Below, piece by piece: positions 22,301-33,637 of a DNA stretch of 64,000 nucleotides; positions within the stretch are counted from its first letter, which is position 1; every line of letters begins with the position of its first letter. The stretch covers positions 24,514,560-24,578,559 of the forward strand of contig NC_134027.1 in the NCBI RefSeq assembly GCF_964204645.1, read 5' to 3'. The translations under genes and the position numbers were made by a program. The notes below the pieces were generated by a model that worked only from the letters and a program-made list of their open reading frames with translations, was not told the origin of the DNA and made no database searches. This DNA comes from Tubulanus polymorphus. Taxonomy: Eukaryota > Animalia > Nemertea.

Positions 22301-25300
22301 TACAATGTATTCATTTTTCATGAATCAAGTATTGCTAATGAAATGCGTGGTCAATAACATCCAAATTCCAAATTTAAGATAAGTAAAACATTTTCCCTAA
22401 CGTACCAAAAAGAACATTCGTTCTTGAAGTTCTTTCCTCGACAATTTAAGAAGCATGTCTTTTTTTATCAATGTCTGAAACCAAAAAAAAAGAATAAATT
22501 CTAAACAGAAGAATCTAAAAGAAGTTAGATCAGTTTGTTGATTTAACTGAACTACAGGCCACTTTTCAGCCCTCGATGATATGCGGAATAGTTGCTGCTT
22601 ACCCTGCCTGGTTTCACCACTTCAAACTGCCCGATCAGGGAATTCTGAATTTCTAACAGTTTCTGGAAGTTATCGCCGACCTTCATGCTTTCGTTCGCAT
22701 GGCTAGCGATTTTAGTGACCACCTCTAATGCACCTGAATAAAACACATGACTGAATAAAACTCATTTTTCATTGCAAACCAAGGTTTAAATTCAATCAGG
22801 CCAGGGATCAGTTTCTATCAAAAAGTTTAACCTAGAAATGGTTAAAAGTCCTCATGGAAGCAACCGATAGCAAAAGCTAAAAACTTTCAGGTTAATTTTT
22901 TGTGAAATTAATTACTGGCTAGTTGCATAAACAAAAGACCAGATTTAAGTTCAAGCCCACTTTTACATATGCCTGGTTCTATAAGATTTAACATAAAACA
23001 GAAAAGAAAATACATCGACTTACTTTTGGTGTCTTCAGTGTCTAACGAGTTAACTGGAAGATGTTTTTGATAATCTGCAAATCAAATATCTTATGTTTTA
23101 AAAAACTGCTTTAGACGGGAACTTCACATTTCGCCAACATTTTCTCATTGCGATTATCAATTCATAGCTCAATTATGTTTCTATCCTGTGTAAATGTATT
23201 GGAAACACGTACCTTGTAGGAGAAGTTTGTACTGAGGTAGTCTTTGTATCGGTTTCAGCATGTAGTGCTTCAAGGCGAGACCGGAACACTTTTCGCTCGT
23301 CTACGAATTCGAAATTAAAGACTTTTCAATGTACAATTAGCCAAGATTTCAGCTAGACCCAATTGAACAGTTGTGTCAGTTAAATCCGATTCTGGTTCCA
23401 CAGTTGAGTAGGTTCAATTTTACTCTGTTCCCAGTTCTACAGTTGTGTGGGTTTAATTTTACTCAGGATCCAGTTCCACACTGTTGTGGACTCTAAGGGT
23501 AAATTCTATCTCTATCTGCGGACTGCAGAAGAGGGTCCAAAATTCACGATATCCATCGTATCGTATGAAAAATGAAAGAAATTATCTTACGTACCTCAAA
23601 ATCCCTGACAACTTCTTGAAATATTGGGTATTTCTTACAGGCCTCGTCGAGTCGACCAGTCATCTGGCTGAAATCCTGAATATAGGTCGTATACAGGTTC
23701 AAGAACGGCCCCTTCTTGACGAAAATGTCGGCCACTTTCGGCGTCTCATCCCTATAAAACAACGAAAGAAAATTCATAAAATTTGAAGCGGATATTCATG
23801 CCAAATTAGGATTTAGGAACTCGAATTGCACATAGAGAATCCCACAATAATAGGGAAAAAGTAATTTATAGTCAGAAAATGTTTTGTTGAGGTTGTAGTT
23901 TATCATATATTTTCATTATCTATTCTATTCCTGAAGATTAGTAACTTCATATCATTTTTTCATTATTATTACGGAATTTTCTACATATTTATCGTCACAT
24001 CGCAGATATAACGTTTTATCAATGGTTATAAATCAAATTACCAATTATTGATGCGTTCGGTCAAATCTTTCAGTAATTCAGAGTTGAAGTTCTCAAGTTC
24101 GGGCAGATATTTCAGTATGTTATCGAGCACGACGCGAGGAACGATCGCGCGACCGACTTCATCCGATATCGATTTGACGGCGTCGCGAAAATCCTGAAAT
24201 CCACGAAAATATCATCCCATAGTAGCATTTACCGGCTATGCAGGTTTCAAAGTGGAAACTCAGATTTCTGGCATACGGTAGGTTCTATTGATTACTTCAT
24301 GTTTTAGATCTAAATGGACACTGTAGATCAAATCGTATTCGAAAAGATATTGGGGGAATAGCAAATAGATTCATGATAAGGTATCAATCTACAGCCAGTA
24401 ATCATCCCCTTCAGACATTTAATATTTTAGTGTGAAGTGTGGAAGATCAGTTTTTGAAAGTGTGCTGATGTCTAATGTCTGGTGTTTGTAGTTCATTTTC
24501 AATAAAATATGTCTCAGGTGAAGTGATCAGTTTTTTAAAGTGTGCTGATAAAATGTCTAATGTCTGGTGTTTGTAGTTCATTTTCAATTAGAAATGTCTT
24601 AGAAAGGTGAGATTGAAAGAATAGTGGTTTACAGTCAAATGTCTGAGGGGATGAGTCAGGGCCACTTAATGCACATAATTTCAGCGTTACCCTATTCAGT
24701 AGTTTTAATACGCCAACAAAAACTTGTTCGGAAGTCATGATCTCTTTAGCGATGTGATAGATTTTCGGTCTCTTCGCGGCAGCCGGCTGAAATGCAATGG
24801 CGACAAAGATATAAAAAGTTAATCCAAGAGTCCGATATATCATTGCAAGTTCCAAGCAATCAATATCTTTTTATCCCTCGAGCGCCACTCAGGTTTCTTA
24901 TTATCACCTTAATTTGCCGAACGCGGCATTATGGGCAGATTCAAAGTTCCTTTTTCCTCTCAACCCGCTGAGGGCACTATCAGCAGTTAAGATTTAATTT
25001 TCAACTGGAGAATTTTATTTTAATTTAGAATTTAATTTTTGACTGCCACTGACTGAGGGTATCATTAGCAGGCTATATACAGTTAAACCTTGTTAATGCA
25101 ATTCTATTTAAGACGAAACCCATTTATTACGATTATTTCCAGCATCAAACAGCTAACATATTTATATCAATCCAGATTTGGATAACACGAAAATTTGCCC
25201 ACAAGATTCATATTAAATGAGGTTCCGCTGTATTATCGGCGTAAGTAAATTTTCCAAATTTCCAATATCAACCCCAGCCGAGTGTCCCGAGCAAAATCCC

Positions 25301-28300
25301 AGTAAAACACTACCCCTAATACCTGATCGTAAGTGTCCTCTTCCGATGCACTGCTCTGAATCGAGTCATCGTCCTCGGACGTGCGATCTGTCTGCCAGAC
25401 GCCGTCGTCTGATTGGCTGTCGGTGGACATCGCGCCGGTGCTCGTCGTACTCTCGCCCATACTGTTCAACATCGCCAGATGAAACTGGGAGCCGGACATG
25501 TCGAAATAATTCGAATCGCGAATATCTGCTTTTTCCGAGATAATGTTGCTCAGAGACGGCTGTGGCGCTGGTGGTCGCGGAGGCCGCGGCGGTACCTTCG
25601 TATCCAGCGCCGCGTGACTCTGACGGACGTCTCCGGGTGCGATGTATTCATCTTCTTCTTCATCGCAGCGCTGAACAAAATCGTCGTGATCCATTTTAAC
25701 TCCGTACGTATCTTCGGCTATGATATTTTCGCTCGCGATTTCCGGTACCGGCGTCCGACGCATTTTCGGGCTAGCCGGCGGTGGTGGAGGCGGCGGACGA
25801 AACTTCGGTTTTTCCGGTTCCTTGGCGTCGGCCTCGAGCTTACTGGCGCGTCGATTACGCGGCGGAGGGCACGGCGGCCGTTCCTCGGCGACGAGCGCGT
25901 TCAGATTCGTGACGCTGTCGCTCTCCGATATGAACGACCGATCCGAACTACCGATCGCCTCGTACGACGTGTCATTGCCGCGCCGGTCGAGGCTCCGCGT
26001 TTTCATGAACACGTCCTCGAACGGTTCGTATTCGTTATCGCCGCCGCGACTGACCGCGGCGTCGATATCCGAAAAACGCTTGTCGACCGCGTACGAGTAA
26101 TCACGCGGTGGCGCCGGCGCCGACTCGGCGTCAGGGTCGAGCGGAGCCAGGTATCCGGTGCTGTCATATTTCTCAGCGCGACCGACGTTCGATTCAGCAG
26201 CCGAACCACGCGAATCAGCGTCGAAGTATTCGACACCCCCGACATTAAAGACAGCGCTTTCATCCTTTACATCACCTTTGTCATCATCGACATCTTCCGT
26301 CTTCTCCTCATCCTCCCTTTTGGGCTCGTCGATAATTTCATCAGCAGCGACATTTGTTTCCGATTCCAACTCAGGGCTTTCTCCGGCCAAACGGCCCTCG
26401 TCGCTATTTTCGACGACAACACTTTCAGACCCGACCTCCTCAGTTTTGGAATCATCCTTCGTAGATTCCTCTTCATGCTTCTCCAGTGATTCAGACTCTG
26501 CCATTAAGTCCTCGCCTTTCTTTACGACTTCATTGTCCCCGCTTTGCTCCGATTCGAGGATGTCGCTCGATTCTTCCGCGTTTAAGTCCTCGTCTTTTTC
26601 GATGACTCGATGTTCTTCGCTTTCCTCCGATTCGAGGATATCGTTCAGTTCTTCGAGCGGCGGAGGGGGCGGAGCTACGAACACCGGCGGCGAATCGCGC
26701 TTATTGATTTCCTTCGATTGACTACTTTTGACGATGCTTCCGTCTTTTCGCTTTAAAACCACGTCGGCGTAGACAACTTTATCATCCCGCTGCGTCGGTT
26801 TTACGACAATGACGTCCTCGTTTTTCCCATTGGCCGTCTGCTTGTTGACTGTCTGCTTGTCATTCGTCTGCTTGTTGTCAGTCTGCTTGTCATCCATCTG
26901 CTTGTTGTCAGTCAGCTTGTTGTCGGTCTGCTTGTCAACCATCTGCTTATTGTCCAACTGTTTGTTGACCAACTGCTTATTGTCCACCTGCTTGTTGCCC
27001 ACCTGCTTTTCATCAGTCTGCTTGTCATCCGTCTGCTGGTTATCTATCTGCTCGTCGACGCTCGACGTTCTAAGACTACGCTTCCGCGGAACGGGCGTCG
27101 GTTGTTTCTCGTTGCTCGTTTCGAGATTTATGTCGAAGACATCGACATTGGCGCTATTCACGCGGACCGGTTCATCTAGAAACGCGGATGCTCGACTGTT
27201 GCGACTGGAACCGCCGGACGGCGTTCTGCGAGTTCGAGGAACCGGTCTCGGGCGTGGCATTTCAGGTGTCTCCTCATTCGTCGCAACTGCAAATAAAACC
27301 GAACATGTAGTAGTTTAGGATGAGAAGTTGTGTTATATCTGTAAAATTCTTAAGGAAGTTCTATCTACTAAACTTTGGAAAAGATGAGATCTGTTGTAGA
27401 TTGTTGTTGGACGTTGAAATTTCATGGGGTAAGTTCACTGCTCCAGTGCTAATACAGCGCTGCCCACATCAGCTACTACAAGTTAGTTGTCTCATAGCTG
27501 GCACTGTGTCATTACCATGTGCCAAAGTGTAAATATCAAAAGGGCATAAGAAGAATAAACTACAAGATAACTCGTAGTGGCAATGATGGCAGAACTGAAC
27601 TATGAGATATCTCGTATTCGGCAGCAATCCTATCAACTAGTTTTATTTCAAAGAGTTCGAGGATCTGCCTAAAGACGACAGTCAGATATTGCAGTTTCGC
27701 TAAAGTAATTGGGATTTATTCGAGGTTGGTGACAAGGGTAGGAGTGATGAGGATGATGATGTAGAGGGAAGGAGAGATAGTAATGATGACGATGATGAGG
27801 ATGTAGTGGGAAGGAGAGATAGTAATGAAGATTGATGATGATGAAGCGTGCGATCATACCTGAGGATGTTTGATTCGATTCAGTGGGTGCCGTTCTCGGA
27901 GGAGGCGGCCGCCGTGGCGTGGATGCTGATTCACCGTGCTTCGGATGATTGTGCGACTGGTCGGGTGGTGGTGCGTGTTTTATAATAATTTGGGGAGAAG
28001 GATCATCAGTATTTCCCGCGACTACGTTCTTCGCCGGTTGAGGCGGGGGCGGTAAAGCCGGTCGCCGTTTAAGCGATGATTTCGGCGTCAGACTTCCGCC
28101 GTCGGACGTCGCAGCGCGCTGTTGACTCGGCGATCCGGATGGCGTTGTTTTCGGCGACGGAGGTCGCGGAGGCGTCGATCCGCCTTTCGTACGCGCCTCC
28201 ATCTTCAATGTGCCGACAGGCGATTTATCGGGTCTTTTCGGCGGTACGTTACGCGGCGGTAGTTTCGGTGAAGCTTCGTCCTCGGAATTCGAAACCACGG

Positions 28301-31300
28301 CGTCCTGACGCGAAACGGGTTTATTTTTCGGCGGAGTAAGAAGCGCAGGAGGACCGCGCGTGGGTAGAACCGGAACAGGAGGACGATCCACGCTTGATTC
28401 TACGACCGCGTCGACACTTTCCGAGCTACGACTAACGAGGGCTAGATCGACCCCGGTTGGTTTTCCATCGTATTCAGTTAAAACATCTCCTTTACCTTTA
28501 CGTTCGACGTTCAAACGTTCGTTGCTACGAACTTTAGTCAAAGGCGATGGCGGCTTTCCAAGCCTCGACGGTACGGGTGACCGAGGACGTTCCGAACGAA
28601 TATTCGTCGACGAGTCCGCCGCATTCCCTGGCTTTGAACGTTCAATTTCTTTCTTATTCGTAACAAGAGCTAGAAGATTCGCTCCGGCGACGATATTTGG
28701 CGCTTTCTTCTTGATCTTTTCGTCATCCTCGTCGTTCTCTTCGGCAGACGTCGTAGTTGCAGACGGCAGTCGCGTTGGGCGGCGACGCGTGGGAGACGCC
28801 GGTTCTTCCGGCTGAAATGATACCGGTCTCGGCGGTCGAACCGGCCCAGGCGAGCCACCCCGCTTTAAAGAGTTAGCAACTCCCTCTTTCTTATTCTCAT
28901 CGAAGTCATCTTCCTTCTTATCTCCACCAGCCATAACCGCTAACAGATTAGCGCCGACAATATTACGAGACCCGGCGACTTTTTTCTCTTTCTTGACTAC
29001 GTCATCTTTACGCGCGACCGGCGGACTAGGCCTCACGGGTACCGGAGAGTTGGGCCTCGCAGGCACCGGAGAACTAGCACCGTCTTTATGAGTACTAACG
29101 GGCGGGCGTTTAGGACGCGGTGGAGGGATATCTTTGAGTATCTTCTCCCCTGACTTCGCAACTGACTTCGGATTAGGCGGGATTACGATCTTTTTCAGAG
29201 AGTTCGATTCATTCGTCGATTCCGTAGATTCTTCTACTACTTGGGTCATATCTCTATTGCACGAATCGTCTGCGTCATCCTCCGTTTTGGTTTCACGAAC
29301 GTTTTTTTCCGATTCTGAATTTTGCGATGATTTCGAATCCGATTGCGGACGAATAGCCTCGGTTTTATCGGCAATTGCTGGCGACACTTTTACGCGAGCT
29401 CCTCCTACAATAATACGAAGGCGGGAAAATTTTGTCCACTATTTCGATTTTCTAGTACGCCTAAGTGGGTAGCATTCACTTGATGAATTCTGTACAGTGA
29501 TTATGGGTCTATAATCAGGGTGGCCACTTCAACCCATTTGAAAATTTTTCGAATTTTCCCGGATGTCTTCATGTTATAATACACAATTCCCGAGTGAATC
29601 TGTGCCCGGTGAATGGAGAAATTACTTGGTTTAAACTTTTACAATTAATAAATTTTCCATTTTTTCATGAATCGCGTATTTGATAAAGAAATGCATGGTC
29701 CCAATTCCCTTAGATTCCCACGATTCTTTCTAGATTCTTCTGTTTCCTTGAGTTTGCTCGTTTTCCAGGTCTGTGGCCACCCTGATTTCCTACGGTGGAC
29801 TCTGCTTGCCTCAGATTTCGCGGGACAATTTTCTTCGAGGTACATACACAAATTCCGGGGCAGTCGGGGAAGAAATGATTTGTTATCACGATAGATTGTA
29901 ACAAGAAAACTTAACGTAATAATTTGTTAGGAGCATACGATAATCTGAGGCAATCAGTATAAATGGTGTCTATTGCAGTAGCAAACGCTCGATGATTAAC
30001 ATACATCTATGCTGAGTCTAGTAAGACTTTAGAATTAATACATGCTCACACCTAATGGATGCTTCTTCAAGCATGCTTTGTCTTTTTAAAGATATATATC
30101 TCAAAGTGAAATATTGTGCATGCAATGCGACAAGATACAGACTACATTCAGGTTTGCAATGCAGATCAATTTTCCACCCAAAGCGGCATATTCGTGAGTG
30201 AAGATTACAAATTGCCATTCAATTAAGGGGAAGGGATCTGACGATCGACAAATGAGGAAGGGAAGGGAGGGTTTTGATCTGTCAATCAACAAAGAATGGG
30301 ATGGAGAGGAGGGATTTGATCTGTCAATCACCAACTGAGAAGGGAGATCAAAAGGACCTAATCTGTCAATCAACAGAGTGCGAGGGGAGGGATTCGTTCT
30401 AATTCAACAAAGGGAAGGAGGGAAGAGGAGGGGAGCGGAGGGATTTGATCTGCCAATCAACGAAAAGTGGGAGGGAGATTTACGGTAGATAATCTATCAA
30501 TCAACAAAAGAGGAGGGGAGAAGAAAATGGACTGATGAGAAGAAAATGGATTGACGGTCAGGACCGGGTGCAACACATCTGAAAGTTTGACTCCTGTTGA
30601 TTTAAAATCAGTTCATTTGTAAAAATTGAACTCTACTATTAAATCATTAGAAAAGAACTAATTAGCAGAGTCAGGGCCCAGTTGCACAGTTAATGATTTA
30701 AGTCGAAAATTGGTCTGAAATTTAAGACCGGTCTTCACTTAAGTTGTTGTTAGGTTGACTATCATAGATCTTAGACCAGTGATAAATCTAAGCCACCACT
30801 GAGCGACTGGCCCCAGAAGATTTAATCCAAACGTACAGAACTGGATCCTCGAATTATGGGGTGCAGTTTAGGATAGGAATAAGGCTATACAAGGATAGGT
30901 AAGGATTCGGCGTCGACCACTACGGATCCAGTAGACTGCGCACTACATACCATGCTGCATCGGTTTTACATTCGCGACAGGAATAGTTTTTAGATCGCAC
31001 TTGCCTCCTTTGCGACTCGTTGAAAATGCGGCCGGCCTGAAATGAAAAAAATACAATCGATTATCAGCACATTTAGTTATTCCGCGAAACGGAATTTCGG
31101 AAAGAACTGATGAAGAAAATATTGGCTTCGATTCAACGTAAATGTAAAATGTTTTCAATTTATAGTGAAATAGATACTTTTCAGTTATCGAACAGTTGCC
31201 ACACAAGTGAGCTAGAGTTAACAAAACCCAGTTCCACATTTTACTCGGAGATTTTTAATCTAATTTTCTCGGCATTACCACCAACACGCAACCTGTCGAA

Positions 31301-32412
31301 CCGGGTCCAGGTGGATAAATTCCACGTGTCATTATCCGCCTTTAATGCACTTTGACTTCACTTTAACTAACTAAGGAGCAACTGGTTCCAGGCCCGGTTC
31401 AACGGTGGAACGGAATCAGGCCTCTGATTGGCTGAGCTATCGTAAGGTTTCTGAATATAAATACTAACTAAACCAAATTAAGTTCTTCTAGGCCAATCAT
31501 CATATACCTTAAGAAATCTTGAGGGAAGGCTGAAATCGGTTTGTTGGATACACAATCATGAAAATTAGATAAGCAATTGACTCTGATTATTGTATGTAGC
31601 CTACTTGTGGCCTACTGGATTTGACTTGACTTTGCTTACGATTTTTAGGCCTACTTCACTAGGCTAGATAGATACAAAAAGATTTTTTGCTTACTTCGGT
31701 GCTAAAACTGGTTTAGGTTTCAGCACTGGTGGTTTCTTGATTTCATCTGAAATGTTGAAGAGTGAAATGTGATATGTCGGTGAACAGTAGCCGAGATCAT
31801 CGTTTGAGTAGTGAAATGATTGCTCAAATAAAGGCCTAGGCCGCAGAAACAAATTGCTGTCAATACGTCCTCAAGTCAAGGTTTACTAATAAAAATCTAT
31901 GAATAAATCTAAATAAACTTTAAGAAGCAGTAGGCTAAATTACGGAAGCCCCTAGGCCTAATGTCTATTTCAACCTGACTTGAGAGCATTCCGGGTGGCC
32001 TAGCTCAGTCAGTTTTGGTAGTACATACCTGATAAAGGTCTTAGTAGGACCAGAAAGGACTGGCGGTCGACCTAAATCATCATTTTTTAATCCATTTGAA
32101 ACTGTATTGAAGGATATCCAAAAAGTCTTCTGTATGTCACCTAGGGGCTTCCGTAATTACGAGATAATAAGTCGAAATTCGACTTAATAAGTCGAAAGTG
32201 TGAAAAAATTATCCCGTATGTCACCTACGGGCTTCCGTATTAACTAACCAGCTAACCAAAACGATGATCGACGGAAAATAAACATTTCCTCACAGAGCAG
32301 TTTACACTTTTCTTATGGGAGAACTTTACGCACTACATAATGCCACACCAGCAGATATATAATCTAACATTTTAGAAAGGCTGACACGCCTACCTGACAC
32401 TGTAGAATCCAT
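9396..32412 (-). CDS. FGD6: FYVE, RhoGEF and PH domain-containing protein (FGD5/FGD6-like Cdc42 GEF); 21 coding exons, about 1783 aa
   Basis: Exons: 32394-32412, 31695-31746, 30951-31036, 27860-29404, 25323-27286, 24691-24786, 24042-24193, 23595-23751, 23213-23300, 23024-23074, 22603-22733, 22406-22474, 21760-21920, 19363-19465, 18851-18994, 18666-18759, 17881-18002, 16834-16956, 16667-16726, 10288-10385, 9396-9432. They sum to 5352 nt, all GT-AG with matching phases. Motifs: DH (IAKEIMTSEQVFV; HYMLKPIQRLPQYKLLL), PH1 (FLFNDVLLY), FYVE (WVPD; RRHHCRSCG; RVC), PH2 (WKKMWFVVKDKVLYTY). The N-terminal EIKKPPV and C-terminal WVHIIQEATVP resemble FGD6. Confidence 0.9.
9512..9990. mobile_element. 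CAGGGTGGCCA-TIR MITE with a nested CAGGGGCGGAT-TIR MITE (9527-9794)
   Basis: Outer TIR cagggtggcca/tggccaccttg (related copy 29516-29784). The inner element is an inverted copy of 49555-49827 and is flanked by the direct repeat ACTTT. Confidence 0.7.
10571..10884. repeat. Polypurine (GA/GGA) low-complexity tract
   Basis: About 310 nt of nearly pure A/G on plus, in the FGD6 intron. Confidence 0.95.
11518..11580. repeat. Perfect 63-bp palindrome (31-bp arms, 1-nt centre)
   Basis: attgtctgtggattcaagatggtcctagact-t-agtctaggaccatcttgaatccacagacaat. Confidence 0.95.
12697..12710. promoter_or_regulatory. Consensus RFX X-box (GTTGCCATGGCAAC)
   Basis: Perfect 14-bp palindromic match in a GC-richer intronic patch; function untested. 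Confidence 0.45.
13178..13465. mobile_element. piggyBac-like MITE, copy 2
   Basis: TTAA|CCCTTTCAGTGC ... GCACTGAAAGGG|TTAA, perfect 12-bp TIR. Confidence 0.85.
15445..15775. repeat. Degenerate ~150-bp tandem repeat
   Basis: tcctgaaagtttcatg recurs at about 15449 and 15601, and as tcctgaaattttcatg at about 15758, with similar downstream sequence. Confidence 0.55.
16327..16645. repeat. ~47-bp tandem repeat (same family as 6480-6770)
   Basis: aagaccagtctaagctcatttt... units; further copies at about 19060-19155 and, reversed, 62035-62151. Confidence 0.85.
16667..18002 (-). CDS. FGD6: FGD6-like exons 17-19 (linker and first part of PH2)
   Basis: RPAVLKE / VHANASESDMSGYL...VLYTYKASE / DMAAIESMPLLGYEI. 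Confidence 0.9.
17020..17870. repeat. ~110-bp tandem repeat within a cttcagacat/atgtctgagg-bounded element, plus an adjacent inverted copy (17690-17870)
   Basis: Unit gaagtgtggac..tttgaaagtgtgc..aaaatgtctaatgtctgg..tttgtagttcattttc..; same family at 24400-24657. Confidence 0.8.
18666..18994 (-). CDS. FGD6: FGD6-like exons 15-16, encoding the FYVE zinc finger
   Basis: APVWVPDARVTMCMAC...RRHHCRSCGR | VVCGACS...ARVCRECF; 91-nt intron. Confidence 0.93.
19363..22474 (-). CDS. FGD6: FGD6-like exons 12-14, encoding PH domain 1
   Basis: LLKLSRKELQERMFFL / FNDVLLYTKP...LSLAGMKVKKP...RSFTLSA / TSEEREQWL. Confidence 0.92.
20174..20435. mobile_element. Tc1/pogo-like MITE
   Basis: TA|CAGTAGACT ... AGTCTACTG|TA. 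Confidence 0.65.
22603..24786 (-). CDS. FGD6: FGD6-like exons 6-11, encoding the DH (RhoGEF) domain
   Basis: KIYHIAKEIMTSEQVFVGVLKLL / DFRDAV / VADIFVKKGPFLNLY / LALKHYMLKPIQRLPQYKLLLQ / DYQKHL / ALEVVTKIASHANESM. Confidence 0.93.
23360..23490. repeat. Degenerate 39-bp minisatellite (same family as 1472-1856)
   Basis: ccagttctacagttgtgtgggtttaattttactcaggatccagttccacac. Confidence 0.8.
24400..24657. mobile_element. MITE with internal tandem repeats
   Basis: TIR tcatccccttcagacattt ... aaatgtctgaggggatga enclosing ~110-bp family units. Confidence 0.65.
25080..25230. mobile_element. Tc1/pogo-like MITE remnant
   Basis: TA|CAGTTAAACCT ... AGGTTCCGCTG|TA. Confidence 0.45.
25323..27286 (-). CDS. 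FGD6: FGD6-like exon 5 (large, acidic and Pro-rich, disordered)
   Basis: gcag|TT...CAG|gtatta; open frame of 1964 nt. Confidence 0.88.
26830..27040 (-). repeat. Coding 15-bp repeat (Q-x-D-[DN]-K, about 14 copies) in FGD6 exon 5
   Basis: QTDDKQTDEKQVGNKQVDNKQLVNK... Confidence 0.9.
27860..29404 (-). CDS. FGD6: FGD6-like exon 4 (large, Pro/Ser-rich, disordered)
   Basis: ttgtag|GA...G|gtatga; open frame of 1545 nt, GC-rich. Confidence 0.88.
29516..29784. mobile_element. CAGGGTGGCCAC-TIR MITE
   Basis: cagggtggccac ... gtggccaccctg, perfect 12-bp TIR. Confidence 0.7.
30228..30555. repeat. Degenerate ~40-bp purine-rich tandem repeat
   Basis: Recurrent gatctgtcaatcaac with GA-rich spacers. Confidence 0.75.
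30672..30816. mobile_element. Harbinger-like MITE (single-unit form of the 47-bp family)
   Basis: Ends ggggccagttgcac-like ... gcgactggcccc-ag; similar element at 62035-62151. Confidence 0.55.
30951..31036 (-). CDS. FGD6: FGD6-like exon 3
   Basis: tttcag|G...G|gtatgt; bridges phase 2 to phase 1 exactly. Confidence 0.75.
31695..31746 (-). CDS. FGD6: FGD6-like exon 2 (EIKKPPVLKPKPVLAPK)
   Basis: tttcag|AT...AA|gtaagc; resembles the vertebrate FGD6 N-terminus EIKKPPVAPKPK. Confidence 0.82.
32394..32412 (-). CDS. FGD6: FGD6-like exon 1 (MDSTVS, phase 1)
   Basis: ATG GAT TCT ACA GTG TCA G|gtaggc; joins exon 2 in frame to give D-EIKKPP. Confidence 0.7.
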
Positions 32413-33637
32413 CGTTTCGAATGACAACCCGTAATACTATTTCAGAGATTTTAATCCCATTTTTACTCGACCACAACTGAACTTTTACTTCCTGAAACTT
32501 TATTTAGGGTATAGGTACACCCCTAGTGTGACGTCATTATCGGGATTTCTTTGTAGTGACATCATTATCGGGATTTCTAAGCAAGTTTTTATTGCCAATA
32601 TATTAGTGCAAAAACATGAATCGCAAATCTAATTATCACATATACGTGAAAACTTACAACGCTAGGGCAAAGAAAGTCTTTAAAATATAGGGATTCATAT
32701 CTTGGGGCAAAAGTGCGCCCTATCACGACGTCATTAGTATTCGGAATTTCTTTACTGATCTTAAAATAGGGATTGACCCAGTTATACATTTGGTTGGTAA
32801 ATTTCGTTTGATTTATTTTTGTGATTGAGTGTCCCTTACAAACCCACCGGGAGCGAAACAAGGGGTTTGATTTTGAAATCGGATATCGAATAACTGATAT
32901 GATGGGATAGTTGTGTGATCGGCGGAATTTCTTTTCTAACGGGCGAACACCTATCATGACGTCATTATTTGGATTGCGTAATGTTGGGTTGTAGTTAATC
33001 GCCATCCGCCATAGGCGGTATCACTAACAAGCGACAAAAACCGACTCAAGTATGAAATTGGCGAGTCGTTCACCATCAGATCTGCCCTGGATTAAGTATT
33101 ATTTTTTTTTCATTTAAAAAGAAGCGGCAATGTGCGGAATTTTCTTGGAAATTATTCGTTTACAATCCATGGAATGATGTGGTGAATTTGGCCCCTATTG
33201 AAAAACCCCGCGGGGTGCGCCACGCCAGTGATTGTCCAAGGAGCGCCCAGTGTTTAGTTTCCCGAATTTTCAGTCAAATGAAAGTCGACCTTGACTTTAA
33301 AGATCCGCTTGTAGACTGAATTATTTTCAACATGACACTCGTCACGAAAAGTTGTGTCGAAAATACTAAACTAACTTGGAAATTCCTGTCTGTACACATA
33401 CGCAGCGGCTTTCGACGACGATAGCTGAAAAAATGACTGATCATTAACGGGAAATTTTATATGCCAATAAACTGATAAAAATCGTATATTCTCAATTACA
33501 CCGTGCACGTCACTGTATAGTGCCGTCATCGCCATCGCACTCCACTCTTATCATCATAGCTTATTCGGGAATCTTTGAAAGGTGTAGTGAATACGGCGCG
33601 GTTCGAGTGGAATTTGGTCGCTTACATAGCTCGTGGG

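Noticed and set aside
27669-27859. His-rich C-terminus of the 572-aa ORF
   Set aside because: Read-through past the donor at 27859 into a short intronic repeat
25413-29472. Long plus-strand ORFs (e.g. 25413-26489, 26158-26721, 26809-27318)
   Set aside because: Antisense shadows of the GC-rich FGD6 exons 4-5, with no recognisable domain
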